Shown here: positions 1 to 11,443 of the stretch, piece after piece
How the letters are laid out: the number at the start of each line of letters is the position of its first letter
Numbering within the stretch: position 1 is the first letter of the stretch
NCBI GenBank assembly: GCA_946965045.2
Contig: OX337235.1
Span: 62,001 to 126,000, forward strand
DNA from: Epithemia pelagica
Lineage: Eukaryota; Protista; Bacillariophyta
DNA: 64,000 bases
Direction: 5' to 3'
Made by a program: the position numbers and the translations under genes
The notes under the pieces: generated by a model
Seen by the model: the letters and a program-made list of their open reading frames with translations, nothing else
The model's database searches: none
What the model was told of the DNA's origin: nothing

Positions 1-1828
1 TGTTGGAAGAAACCATGTGTGCCGCAGGAGTTTGTTCTCGAATGGGTTCCATACTGGGACTTTGCGGAATGCTCCAAGTGGAGGAAAGGGGAACAAACTG
101 TGAATCTTCTTGTTGTTCGTGTTCTTGTTGCTGACGGTGGGCATCGGCCGCCAAGGCAGCTGCAGTCGCCGCCATGTGTTGTTTCTTGACGGCACGATCT
201 CGTTCCAACAAGGCTCGCAACGAGGGTTTGTGCGTCAAGGAAGTGGACATGGTGGAGACACTGGCAATGGTACTCGTCAATTCTTCGAGAAACAAGGAAG
301 AGGAGGACATGTTACTGGGACTCGTGGTCATGGGTGGTGGTGGAGGCAACCAGCGTTTGGAAATTTTTTGGTTCGGGGTCTTATTGGAGCGTGAGGCCAT
401 GCCGCCACTGCTTGTACTGGCCAAAATATCTTGCAACCGCTTGGAAGACGTGTACGTTTGTTCCTCATCCTCCTCATGCGCTTCTTTGGCATTCGTACTA
501 CTAAACCGTTGGGTACTATCGGGGGCCGCATCCTTCCAATCATCACCGTCATCATCATTATAGGGAAACGACAAGGAATCGTAGCAAGGTGGGATGATTT
601 CCATCTTGGCTTCCTCCTCCGGGTCGTTCTGGTGTGGCGTGCGACCTACGGCTGCTGTCGTTGTGGTGGTAGTCTTGGTGGTCGTATTGGCCAGTGATGA
701 CGTGCCCTTCTTCCACCCTCGTCGTCCTTTGGGTGGTTGTGGTTGTGGTCGCTGTGGTTGTTGATTTTGAGTGGCTTGTTGTTGAAAGGCGGACAAGATA
801 CTGTGAAAGGACGACGAGGACAAGACGGGAAGTTGAGGTGGTGGTGTTAAAGGTCTGGGACTCTGAGTCGAAGACTTGGATGCCACAGAGGAAGCTCCTC
901 CATTACTACGCAGTGCACTCGTACCGACCCGACGAAGATTGGTCTTGTTCCAAGCCAATGGTGTCCTCTGTGGCTGTTGTTGTTGTGGTTGTTGTTGCTC
1001 GGCCAAGGACGAGGAGGCAACCGACGAACGTGCCACAGATTGTTCCTCCAAATCTTGTCGTTCTTCTTCCATTCCGGCTGCTGTGGAGGACGGAATTGGT
1101 GCCTTGGTAGTATTGCTAGTAGGTCGAGGAGGCTTGTGGTAGTGGTACTGTTGTTGGTTTTTGGGACTGGGTGGGTAAATCACGAGGGGATCGCTCGAGT
1201 CCATGGGTTGGCCCTTCTTGTTGGTGATTGGTGTCGTTGGTGTCATGGTCATGTTGAGATTCTGATGTCTACTACTCGTCGTGCTATCCAGTCCTCCTCC
1301 CGTCGAGGCACTGTCCAAGGTAGATTCTTCTTCCCAGGGTCGTTGATAGGACTGATACGAGACAGCATGAGGAATTTTCAAGTGTCGTTCGATGCGGTGT
1401 CGTTCCGCCACCTTGGCTTGAATGTGTCGTTGGCTTTTGGGAAACCATCGTCGTTTGGTAATGTCGGCAATTTGTTGTTCTTGTCGATACTGACGCAATT
1501 GTTTGCGAGCGACATGTCGCGCCGTGCGCCACGCCTTGCCGCGGGCTTGGTAAATGACTTCGACGCCCAAGGAGGGCAATTCCTCCCGCAGCGGCAACGT
1601 GGGTGGTTTGCTCGTGAGACACGTGACACAAATATCCACCTGACGCGTCACATCCCACGACGACGAACATGTCGATGTCGATTCTGCCGAAGACGAGGAC
1701 GACGTCGAGGCGGCATCGGGCACGGCCATGGGAGACGCATCCGGCAATGTTCCTCGATGACGCGTCTCGACATGAATGGTTTCCAGGGGTGGTGGAGGCG
1801 TGGGAGGAGGTGTCCACTCAGACGACAT
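1..1828 (-). CDS. Hypothetical low-complexity (Pro/Ser/Thr/Gln-rich, likely disordered) protein, 3' end outside the window
   Basis: Manual reverse translation: ATG at 1828 (MSSEWTPPPTPPPPLETIHVE...) with no stop seen through to the left edge. It is missing from the ORF track because it has no stop; the + strand ORFs here are its antisense shadows. Confidence 0.6.
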   Translation of the reverse strand, partial: MSSEWTPPPTPPPPLETIHVETRHRGTLPDASPMAVPDAASTSSSSSAESTSTCSSSWDVTRQVDICVTCLTSKPPTLPLREELPSLGVEVIYQARGKAWRTARHVARKQLRQYRQEQQIADITKRRWFPKSQRHIQAKVAERHRIERHLKIPHAVSYQSYQRPWEEESTLDSASTGGGLDSTTSSRHQNLNMTMTPTTPITNKKGQPMDSSDPLVIYPPSPKNQQQYHYHKPPRPTSNTTKAPIPSSTAAGMEEERQDLEEQSVARSSVASSSLAEQQQPQQQQPQRTPLAWNKTNLRRVGTSALRSNGGASSVASKSSTQSPRPLTPPPQLPVLSSSSFHSILSAFQQQATQNQQPQRPQPQPPKGRRGWKKGTSSLANTTTKTTTTTTAAVGRTPHQNDPEEEAKMEIIPPCYDSLSFPYNDDDGDDWKDAAPDSTQRFSSTNAKEAHEEDEEQTYTSSKRLQDILASTSSGGMASRSNKTPNQKISKRWLPPPPPMTTSPSNMSSSSLFLEELTSTIASVSTMSTSLTHKPSLRALLERDRAVKKQHMAATAAALAADAHRQQQEHEQQEDSQFVPLSSTWSIPQSPSMEPIREQTPAAHMVSSN

Positions 1829-2141
1829 GACGCTATTCCTTTTGCTTTGCTAACACAAACACAAGGGAGTGCGGTGTTGTGGCTCACACGTCTTGATTGT
1901 TGTTTGTGGTTTTGGATCGATCTTGGGGTCCAATCGTATACCAACACTACACGTAGCGGGGAGAGCCTCGATTGGTTCAAGACTTTCTCTGCTCCAAGAA
2001 TAAATGGAGGAATGAAACAAGACAATCGAAACTAGGTAGTTCTTGGCATGAACCAAAAGTGTTGTTTTCCGAATGAATATTCAAGAGAACGAAAGGGTAG
2101 AGATTCGTTTCCTTTCTTGTTGTTTGCTCACTCGTTTCTCT

Positions 2142-2178
2142 AGCATCAGCATCAGCATCAGCAGCAGCAGCAGCAGCA
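2142..2178. repeat. (GCATCA)n/(GCA)n microsatellite
   Basis: agcatcagcatcagcatcagcagcagcagcagcagca read directly. Confidence 0.85.
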
Positions 2179-2942
2179 CGTTGGATGCCAGACACACAAG
2201 GAGCCTGTTGTTCCTCAATGATATTATTTGTGTAGGATCCTCCTAACTAACAAGCTAAGTGTCTCTGCTGGCGCAATTCCAGTCCATAATAGCCGTTCGC
2301 CCAATCCTCATGTACTTAGACGCAATCGATCCGTTGACTGTTCTTCCAACGTCCGTAGAGTATTGCCCTGCATTGCCGGATCGCCAGGCATCCGTTGACT
2401 TTCGATTACCTAAAGGAGGTCCATGTGGGCTGGTACGTACGTCGGTCCATCCCAGGAGTAAGTCTTTCCTTCTGTCCTCTCCATAAAAGCGACCAACAAG
2501 CGTATCCTCGGGGGCCCATTGAGTCCCTTTCCTACGGGACTCGTTTGTTCCCACGTCCATCTGACTCAGTCGGTGCTTTCCGCAACCAGCGCGGCAGCCA
2601 GCGCAACTCGCGACACGGACTGTGACTCAGTCTTGTCGTGACTGGCGTACGATTCGGAACCAGATCCGCATCTCGAGACGACGACGACGACGAGAATACA
2701 CACAAGGGTCCACCAGAACAGAGCGAGAGAGCTGTTATCTGTGAAAAGACTGAGAAAGAGGGACTGAGGTGTTGGGAGAAACACGACGAGGATCTGATGA
2801 TGAAGTGCTCATCCATCCTTTCTCCTCTGACACCACCCGGCATGCACCTATCGAGTGTCAAGTCATATCTTTGTTTTAGATTGCTAGAGAGAGTCATAAA
2901 ACTACAAACCACGAAGCCAACAACAACAACAAACATACAAAC

Positions 2943-3764
2943 ATGAAGCTTTCCATTGCCACTGCTCTTTTGCTATCCGTCCAAGGCGCTTCCGCCTTTC
3001 TTCCCCAACAACAAGTTGGTTCGGTTCCCCGTCAAGTGTTGAAGGATGCCGAATCTTCCCAAGTCGAGGAACCCGTCCTGGAAGCTGCGGCCGCCATGGA
3101 ATCGGAACCCGTCGTCGTCGCCAGTCCCAGTGGTGCGGCGGCCATGAAAATGAGTGCCTCCTTGCCCTTTCTGGAACGTCCCGCCATGTTGGATGGCAGC
3201 ATGCCCGGCGATGTCGGTTTTGATCCAGTCGGCTTTGCCAAAACCAGCCAAGAGTTGATGAATTACCGCGAAGCCGAAATCAAACATGCTCGATTGGCTA
3301 TGTTGGCCGCCGCCGGATGGCCCATTTCCGAGTTGCTCGACAAGAAGATTGCCAATGGCATTGGCTTGACACCCGTCTTGGATGCCAGTGACCGTGCCCC
3401 CTCCGTCTTGAATGGTGGACTCGGCAAAATTTCGCCCATTTACTGGGTCGCCTGTTTGGCCTTGGCCGGTGCCATTGATGTCTATGGCATTACCCAAGCC
3501 CAACAAAACAAGGCGGATTACTTTCCCGGCAATTTGGGCTTTGATCCCTTGGGTTTGTACCCCAAAACCGAGGCGGAGCAATTGGACATGCAACTCAAGG
3601 AAATCAAGAATGGTCGCTTGGCCATGATTGCCATTACCGCCTTTGCCGTGCAAGAATTTGTCCAAAAGATTGGTGTCGTCGATGAAACCCCCGTCTTTTT
3701 CAAACCCTTTGGTACGGTCATTCATGAATATGCCAACTCCGGATACATTATCCCCGGCAATTAG
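2943..3764 (+). CDS. LHC: Light-harvesting chlorophyll a/c-binding (LHC/FCP) protein, plastid-targeted, possibly Lhcz-like subfamily
   Basis: Signal peptide plus ASAFLP bipartite motif; GDVGFDPVGF; helix 1 EAEIKHARLAMLAAAGW; GNLGFDPLGL; helix 3 KEIKNGRLAM. The subfamily suggestion rests on recall of the RAPSVLNGGL segment only. Confidence 0.95.
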   Translation: MKLSIATALLLSVQGASAFLPQQQVGSVPRQVLKDAESSQVEEPVLEAAAAMESEPVVVASPSGAAAMKMSASLPFLERPAMLDGSMPGDVGFDPVGFAKTSQELMNYREAEIKHARLAMLAAAGWPISELLDKKIANGIGLTPVLDASDRAPSVLNGGLGKISPIYWVACLALAGAIDVYGITQAQQNKADYFPGNLGFDPLGLYPKTEAEQLDMQLKEIKNGRLAMIAITAFAVQEFVQKIGVVDETPVFFKPFGTVIHEYANSGYIIPGN

Positions 3765-4235
3765 TAACTACAAAACTCTGTAACATTTTAGACAAATTCC
3801 ACTTGCATAGAGAATCAGAATATCATCACGCACAGTGGAACGTTCCACCAGTGGCGTTTCTTGAGTGGAGTAGTGAATTGGATCCAGCCATGTTCCGCCC
3901 ACTTCTTCTCGTGTACTCTCCATCTATTGCTCTATGTATAGGTAGGTAGTGACAGACACAAGTCGCTCTTCCCACCCTGCCCACACAACCAAAAGACTCC
4001 ACCCAGGCAACAGATTGTTCCAGCATTGTTGGCATGCATCTGTTCAAACTTTCTCTCCCTCTGTTTGGGATGGCGTGCATGGGAAGCACATGCGCCAGGT
4101 AGCCCATGATTGAGATGCGACCTAGAAACGACCCGATCTCTTCCAAAATCTACCTCTTCTAGACAGTATCGTTGCTTCTTCTCTGATTATTTAGAGGAGC
4201 ATGCAGCATTGTTTGCAATAGATGTTACTCTTCTA

Positions 4236-5595
4236 TCCCTCGGTATCAGTGTCCACTGCTTAGCTGTTTTTTGTCTGTGCCACCTTCACAGGTTCCCAAG
4301 TGGACACAGCCAGCATTCTGTGTTTTTCGTCTGTCTGTCTACCCAATAAAATTCCTCAGGGTTGGAGCAAGGCCAGCGTGCATGTGACAGTTGACGGTTG
4401 GTGGTTGTCCTCTGGTCACCACGATTCAATTTTTTTGGGCAACCCTCCCGTCCTCGTCTGTCACAAAACACCAAAAACCGAGCCAAATGCTTGACCATGA
4501 CGTGAGGTGAGAACAATGGATGCAACATGCTGGGCTGAACCTGAACTGCTTCTCACTTCTCACTACTGTGGCTTATTTCTAATCTTCTTGTTTCTTTTTC
4601 TTTCTTCTCACTCATCACTGCTGCAATCTTTCCTCTTGTTCATGCATGATCCTTTGGCTTGTCTCTTGTTGAACGAGTAGACTAGGAGCAAGCCGCTTGA
4701 TGTCAACTGGAGTATCTTACCCGTCTCATTTGTTGATGTAGGAGTAATTGTTTTGTTGTTTGATTGTTGGTTGGTTGCTTTCATGTCTTCTGTAGGATAG
4801 ATGATTCACTATCGTCATAGGTCGTAGCATCATCTCATTTCTCAATGACCGAAGACTTTGTTGTTTTTGCTTCAAATAGATGGGAAGCCCTCTTGCTCTT
4901 GCCACACCCTACTTTCCATGTCTATCAGTTCATAGAGTCAAAAGTTGTAGCCGTAGCGTGTGAGAGCTGCTTGTGTTCATGGTGAAACTGAGAGTCATTG
5001 CCATGCTCAAAACAGAAAAGAGATCTGCAACGAATTCAGAATGCACTGAACTCTACAAATGAATAGCACTTGAGTACTATTTCTACTCCTAGTATATAAA
5101 GAAAACAATGTCTGCAGTCTGTTTATGAATCGAATGAAAGTTATCAAAAATCCGTCATTTCGACATGTAGAATGGCACGTAAGGAGCTACCCAGAGACAC
5201 AACAGATGATCGCCTCTCTTCCCATGAGCAGAGCAAACAAAAGTGACAAGTGTCAGTGATCAGTGAGCATGAGCTATGTAATTGTCATGGCAATTGGCAA
5301 CGGATCACACTCACCTGGAATGCCATTCGCACGATGTGCTTCGGCAACAAGAGAAAAGAATTGTGTGCTTGTCATTATGAATTATGGAGCAACCAGCAGT
5401 TATCCACGCACGGCCGCTTGCTGGGCATGCGTCTGTTTCAAACTGTGAAAACTCCAGCTGAGTATGCGTGCCAATTTGCCATTTGATCATTTCTATTTGT
5501 CTCAAAAGCAAAAAATGATGTCTGTGTCCACCTGGGAACCTAAAATGATGGCACAGACAAAAAACAGCTAAGCAGTGGACACTGATACCGAGGGA
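4236..5595. mobile_element. Non-autonomous TIR DNA transposon (Tc1/mariner-like, TA target), 1360 bp
   Basis: 4236-4317 is the reverse complement of 5514-5595 (first 47 bp identical: TCCCTCGGTATCAGTGTCCACTGCTTAGCTG...). TA lies at 4234-4235 and 5596-5597. No long internal ORF. Confidence 0.72.
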
Positions 5596-6255
5596 TATAA
5601 AGAGGACCATCAAGAGGAAGAACACGATGAATCATGATGAGGTATGAGGTATGAGTTGCAACGGATCTCTACTTCTTCTTGTTACTTGTCAAGTGTGCAC
5701 GGGGGATCTTTCCTTCACGGATCACGGAGCAAACGTACGACGGAACAACACCCAACAAACTTTCAAGATAGCCGCCATGTTGCAGCACTCTGTTTCGTAC
5801 ATTCTGGGTGAAATCCCATCCAGATCAATCGAAGTCTGAGAATGGCTGGGCCAGATCGAAGGTGCATCGCCGATCGGAAGGTTATAATATTATAGTAAGG
5901 GTACTGCCGAATCTTCATGGCGAACGCGAATGCTTTCCATCCCCCAGCCAACAGCTTCTCTCACAGTCATTTCCTGCACAAGAAGGATTCGATGCCAATG
6001 GGCCATCATCATCATGGTGGTGCCCTGTTCGTCTACTCTCGTATCCTCTACTCTCGAGGAGGCGAACACACGGAAGATTTTGTGGTGAGGCCCTGTAGTT
6101 ATGGGCGACAGGTCTCCTACAATGGAGCATAATCCAACCGTACAACATACCGACTACTAGAGGACTTGCATTCGTAGCTTGGTGGAGTAGTAATGCCTTT
6201 TGTTCTATTACATCTAGAGTACATTTTGCTACTAGCGTTGTTAATGTTGTTGTTG

Positions 6256-7032
6256 TCATCGTCGTACGGCCAGCGAGTCGGCGAGAGCCAAGGCAATTTC
6301 GTGCGCAAATTGTATGGATTTTCGACTCAATCGTCGACTGAGGAAAAAGCCTTGTTGTTCTCGTCGTGTCAATTCAGCAAGGTCCGGCGTTTCGCAAGTC
6401 TGCTGCTGATGCGGTTGTGCATGTGCTTGTTCTTGTGGGTATATCCGTGGAATGGCCGATGTCAAGGCTCGTTTGCGAAGAGCCGCATCTTGTTGCAAGG
6501 TTGGATGCAAGAAGAGGCGTTCGAGACCCACAAGGGTTGTAAAATTGGAACCATGTTGTTGTTGTTGTTGTTGTTGAAGGGCGTGAACCAACTTGGCATG
6601 CAGGGACCGTGTGGTGAGACCGTCGCTGTCATAGACGTGAGACAAAGTGTCGCTCCATCCGGGCACCCAATGAGGAACATCTATTTGTGGTTCTTTTGAT
6701 TGATAGTGTGCTCTTGTGGCGCTGCCACATAACGTGGCATGGTCTTGTTGAAATTCCTGCAACTCGCGGTCCGTATACCACAACACAAATGGCTGTTGTT
6801 GCCATACTGTTGCTTGGTTCAGGTCCTTGTCGTTGTTGTCGTCTTTGTCTGTATCATCCATGCAGATGGTATAGTTTGACTCGTAATAACGATTCCGATC
6901 TTCTTGAAATAAGCAGCGTTTTCTTCCAACGGATGGCAGCAGTTGCTGCTTGCTTTCCAGCTCGATATTGGGCAAGGAAAAGGTAGAAGCATGACTGCTT
7001 TCATCGTCGTCGAATTTCTTGGGAATCAACAT
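6256..7032 (-). CDS. Hypothetical 258-aa protein
   Basis: Long ORF with natural composition; WYTDRELQEF and VGLERL segments resemble a common diatom hypothetical family (recall). A decayed 5' duplicate lies at 10228-10321. Confidence 0.7.
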   Translation of the reverse strand: MLIPKKFDDDESSHASTFSLPNIELESKQQLLPSVGRKRCLFQEDRNRYYESNYTICMDDTDKDDNNDKDLNQATVWQQQPFVLWYTDRELQEFQQDHATLCGSATRAHYQSKEPQIDVPHWVPGWSDTLSHVYDSDGLTTRSLHAKLVHALQQQQQQQHGSNFTTLVGLERLFLHPTLQQDAALRKRALTSAIPRIYPQEQAHAQPHQQQTCETPDLAELTRREQQGFFLSRRLSRKSIQFAHEIALALADSLAVRR

Positions 7033-9808
7033 TGTAATACTGGTTTTCGTTCAGGGTTGATGGCTTTTATGGAGGAAAGAAAAATCAAGGAGTGAAGGAA
7101 CGAACCGTGGATCATCCAAACAAAGAAGAGAATCACCATTAGAAACGGAAGAGAACCCATGCACAACCAACATCCACTCAAAGTTGCAAGTTGCGATTTG
7201 TTGTGTGTGTCGCCTTCAGATTTATCAGGTTGTCTCGGTTCCTTGACACGATCCATCCCCCATAGAGAGCATAAGGGCAGTGTTGGAAAGTGGATGCTGG
7301 ATCGATGCCATCGAATGTCCCAGTACTTTCAAGCTGATATTCAGCTTGAAGATTGTCTCGAATGACCACCACAAATCCCCCGAAGCAATCATCGAACGGA
7401 GGCGAGGGCTGATGTTGAATGGGGGGCAACAGGCATACGTCTGACAGTCATTTCGTATATTCAGCGATCCAGAAGCGACCCAGAATAGTCTTCCATACAC
7501 CCTGCAACGTGATCAAGATCAAGCTAGCATGAAGCACGCCGACTGATCGTTCGCAATCCCCCATTTTTGGCATTTCTCACTTCTCACACCTTATGAACAC
7601 CAAAGATTAGAGGTGGTGGAATGCGATTCTCGTCAAGTGAGAACAAGAGCCATTTCTAACATACTGAAAACAAACTTTAACTTTAGTCTCTGCCGCAACC
7701 TGACTTTTGCTCTGAGAGGAATTTGAATTCATGGCCCCAAAACACAACTCTTTTGCGTACACAAAAGACAAGTTGTGGGAGTAGGATGGTTTCTTTTTTC
7801 CTTAAAGGATCTTTCAACACTGTGGTGTCATCTTAATTTTTACGGCCCCGTGCCATAAATTTGCTTCGGCCGCTTGACTCGTACAAAAAAAACACAACAA
7901 TTCTAATGAAATCGAGTGGATGCGCAAAGCCGAAGCACACAGACACACGGACCATCTCCGCCCATGGCTTCCGGGTATTGCTATCACTCCTGGTATCTAC
8001 TTGGAAGCATTATTGCTTGCGTCACTGAGTACATTTCTGGTGGTTGTTGTGGGTGCACAACTACACAACTTTAAAAATTCGAGTCTGCCCGGTTAATCTA
8101 TGCAGGGGACCCGCCACAACTGTCGATCCATCTCTGGAAACATCAGTCGTCCATCTAAACAAGACGAAAGGGCAAGTGAGACATGTGAGAACACCAAGAA
8201 GGAAAAAACATGTACTCAAATAGCATGATCATAGGCACGTACCCGAGCCACTCTCCCTCCGAACTACCAATGACATGTTCCACAACCTCCCATTGCAATG
8301 TCTTATCAGTTTTCTTGTACACGGAGACTCGTCCAGCTTCTTTTTTGGTTTTGCTGGGGGAATAAAAGGGTGTTCCCACTACCAAAACATCACCAGCATT
8401 GGAGAGACTCATGGAATGTACCACTGGACGCGTTTCAAAGGCATCGTCATCTGGCAAGACAACAGTGGCTGTAACCAGATGGCTGTTGTGACAAAATATC
8501 TCGACCTTTTGTATCAGACCAACGACCCGACAATCACCATTCACGTTAAGGGCAGAGACAGTGGAATTCGACCAGAATTGTCTCCACTCATAGTTCTGAT
8601 CGTAATTCGAATAAGAGACAAAACGAACCCTCTCATCTGGTCCCACAAGTGCCATCTGATCATCACGTGTGGTATCCGACAAAGCAACGGTCCTGTCGTA
8701 CGACATGATATTGGTGGATCGTTCAATATGCGCTGGTAGGGCGAAATCTTTGAGTTTTTTCTCCCACCTTGCCCAACGGTCATCCCAATCGTAGGTTTGG
8801 ACAATACCTTCCCAAAAGTGGTCAAACACAAGGACCTTACCGTCACCCGAAATATCGACTGTGGTGACTTCATACTGCAGCATGTCCGAGTCAATCTTGT
8901 GTTGTACTTGAAACTCCAATGCTTGATCCAGATTGGACAGATCCGACACAATGTCAAACACATAGACGGCCGTACGGCTACTTACGGCCAGTCGTGTACC
9001 ATCGCTCGACATGGCAATGCTTATTCCAAACCAATCTTCATCCATAGTCATTGTGGATGACAAGAGCGGTTTTTCCGTTATGGGTGGAAAGAGAACTTTT
9101 TCCTCTTTATACTGACCCGTGCTGGTACGACGAAACAATTGGACAATGCGTCCTCTCGAAGCTGCAACAATAAACCCATTAGCCGAGATGGCAACCTGGT
9201 GGTAGTTTCCTATGGAATCATCTGTTGGACTTCCGGTAACAACGACAAAATCACGCAAGGATTGCAAGGGATCCACCTCATTGAAAACGGTCGGTTTGGT
9301 TAATACCTTGTCGTCACCGTCATCAAGCACCAACACGAGAACCACGGCAACAATGATAGCAGCCATTAGAAGCCCGATAAAGTTTTTCAGACCAAACATA
9401 ATCTGTTTGCGTTGCTTGCTGTTGCGGTTGCTGCTGCCGCCGTTGCTGCTATTTATGTAAGCAGAAGGAGGAACAGGAGAAGAGAGATCTTGTCCATTCT
9501 GGTGACCTCCTGCGGATGGCGACGATTCTTCCACGTTGTTACTAGGAGCATCATTGTTACCATTCTTAGTATTGTTGTTACCTTCTGGTGCCGTGGTCAT
9601 GTCGTCTTCTTCTTCTTCGTCGCCGTCGCCACAGTCGCTTGGTTCGTAGGGCACGGTGGAGTTCAGAACAATCTCTGGGTCCACTACAAGCTCGGCTTGT
9701 GCTACTACCAGCTCTTCGTCGTTGTCGTTGGTGTTCATAACCGAAACGGCATGCACCACCTCATCGTTGCTGTTGTTGTTGTTATTCGTGAGCAACATGG
9801 TCATTCGA
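6928..9808. repeat. Tandem segmental duplication, unit 1 (about 2.9 kb: 5' end of the 258-aa gene, intergenic region, beta-propeller gene)
   Basis: Collinear similarity with 10228-13159 plus 31603-31650, e.g. cttgacacgatccatcccccatagag at about 7242 and 10549; agcattggagagactca at about 8395 and 11798. Confidence 0.85.
8061..9804 (-). CDS. Type II membrane protein with an FG-GAP-like/integrin-alpha-like beta-propeller (copy 1, intact, 551 aa, 2 exons)
   Basis: Acidic N-terminus, one TM helix (FIGLLMAAIIVAVVLVLVL), repeated VAISANG/IAMSSDG/VDISGDG/LSNAGDVLVVGTPFYS...AGRVSVY blades. GT-AG intron 8155-8242 (88 nt) joins in frame to GWTTDVSRDGSTVVAG; stop at 8061-8063. Confidence 0.85.
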
Positions 9809-10227
9809 GGTCTTAACCGCGAAAGACTTACACAATTTAGGAAGAATCAATAAATTGTGGCAGAGGAGTCACCAGGACCGTTGTATGTGGGTGGTCGCAT
9901 GCCTTATAAACCTGTGGGACGTTATCACTTTGAAGGAAAGAAAACAAAGTCTTGGCTGAAGGTCCGCATCGGGTTCTTTTTGGGGTTCTTGTCACTCGCG
10001 AATGAACGCGACTGAGAGAAAAAATTTCAAAATCATAGATTGGGGACAGCGGCAGCTACGAGTAGACCAAGTACAATACAAACATTCCTCTTCCCGCGTT
10101 GATGCTTGTGGGCGATATTGGATAGAAGTAGAATTTTCCGCAACAAATCGCTCAGACCGACACCCGACGAGAGTGTGTTGACACAAATATGAAACCAATA
10201 TTACTCGATTGGTGGAAATTGGAAAGG

Positions 10228-10321
10228 AACGGATGGCAACGGCTGCTGCTTTCTTTTCAGTTCGACATTCGGTATGGATGCTTTCGTTGTCGTCATCAAC
10301 TTTCTTGGCGAGAACCAACAT
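10228..10321 (-). pseudogene. 5' fragment pseudogene of the 258-aa gene
   Basis: MLVLAKKVDDDNES then, after a frameshifting deletion, IPNVELKRKQQPLPSV; these match MLIPKKFDDDES...LPNIELESKQQLLPSV. Homology stops at 10228. Confidence 0.75.
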
Positions 10322-11443
10322 GGAAGTGGTTTTTTTTTCAAGGTTGCTGGCTTTTGTGGACAAACGGGGAAACAATGAATGCAGGGACAACAACTAATAC
10401 CAAACTGTGGATCATCCATCGTGCAAGAAGAATAGAATCACCACGAGAAACGGAAGAGAGCCCACTCACAACAACCACCATGCCACATGCACAAAAAGTT
10501 GCGATTTGTTGCAAGTCGCCTTGAGATTTATCTCACTTGTCTCGCTTCCTTGACACGATCCATCCCCCATAGAGTGAGTTTCATGGGCAAGGGCACAAAA
10601 GGGCACTGGATATTGGTTGGATGCACTTCTTGAAGAAAGGGCTAATGTTTAACGGGGGGCAAGGCATTCATGCTCGTCTATTATTAGATATTTATTAACA
10701 ACGATCAACTACTGGTAGCTATTGTACAATATGTAGCTTAGGTACAGCCCTGAAGGATCAAGATCAAGCCGGCATCTCCGGACGCAGACCGATTGTTCTG
10801 TTGCCCCATTTTTACCGACCGCACACAATTATAGAAAATCAAGTGGCATCCGATTGTCGTCAACAAGTAGTGAGTATTAGAGACTAGAGATACTTCGATC
10901 TTGGACACCAACTTTGGTATCAACCTGATTTGCTGTGGTAACTAATGACCATCATACTGTGGCTCTGACAGGCATTCGAAGTCCTGGTCCAAAAGGACAA
11001 CTATTGTGCGTACACTAGAGACATAGTTGTGGGAGAAGGATGGTTCTTTTTTCTTTAAAGGATCGTTCAGCACAACTGTCAACTTAAGTTTTGCGGCCTT
11101 GTGCCGTGAATTTGCTTGAACCGTTTGACTTGTACAAAAACACAAAATGCTTGTGAAATCGAGTGGATGCGCCTTGTCTGTGTGTATCATGATTGTGCTT
11201 GTCAACACCAACACATACAAAGCAAATCCGAAGCACACAGATACGCCCGCTCCATGGCATTGGCTTCCAGCTTTCTCTATAAGTCGTGGCATAGTTGGAA
11301 GCATTCTTCTTTGTCGTTGTGGTGGTATAATTCTGATTGTTGCTGGTAGTAGTGGTCGAAGGGTTGGATGAATAGTTACTCCAGTGGTACTGGTTGTGCT
11401 TGCGTCACTGAGTACATTTCTGGTGGTTGTTGTGGCTGCATCA

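Noticed and set aside
977-2035. 352-aa + strand ORF
   Set aside because: Antisense shadow of the low-complexity minus-strand gene; the composition (poly-Val/Leu/Arg) is not protein-like.
5808-6098. 96-aa ORF and neighbours
   Set aside because: Short, no motif that I can assign, and overlapping ORFs of similar size on both strands.
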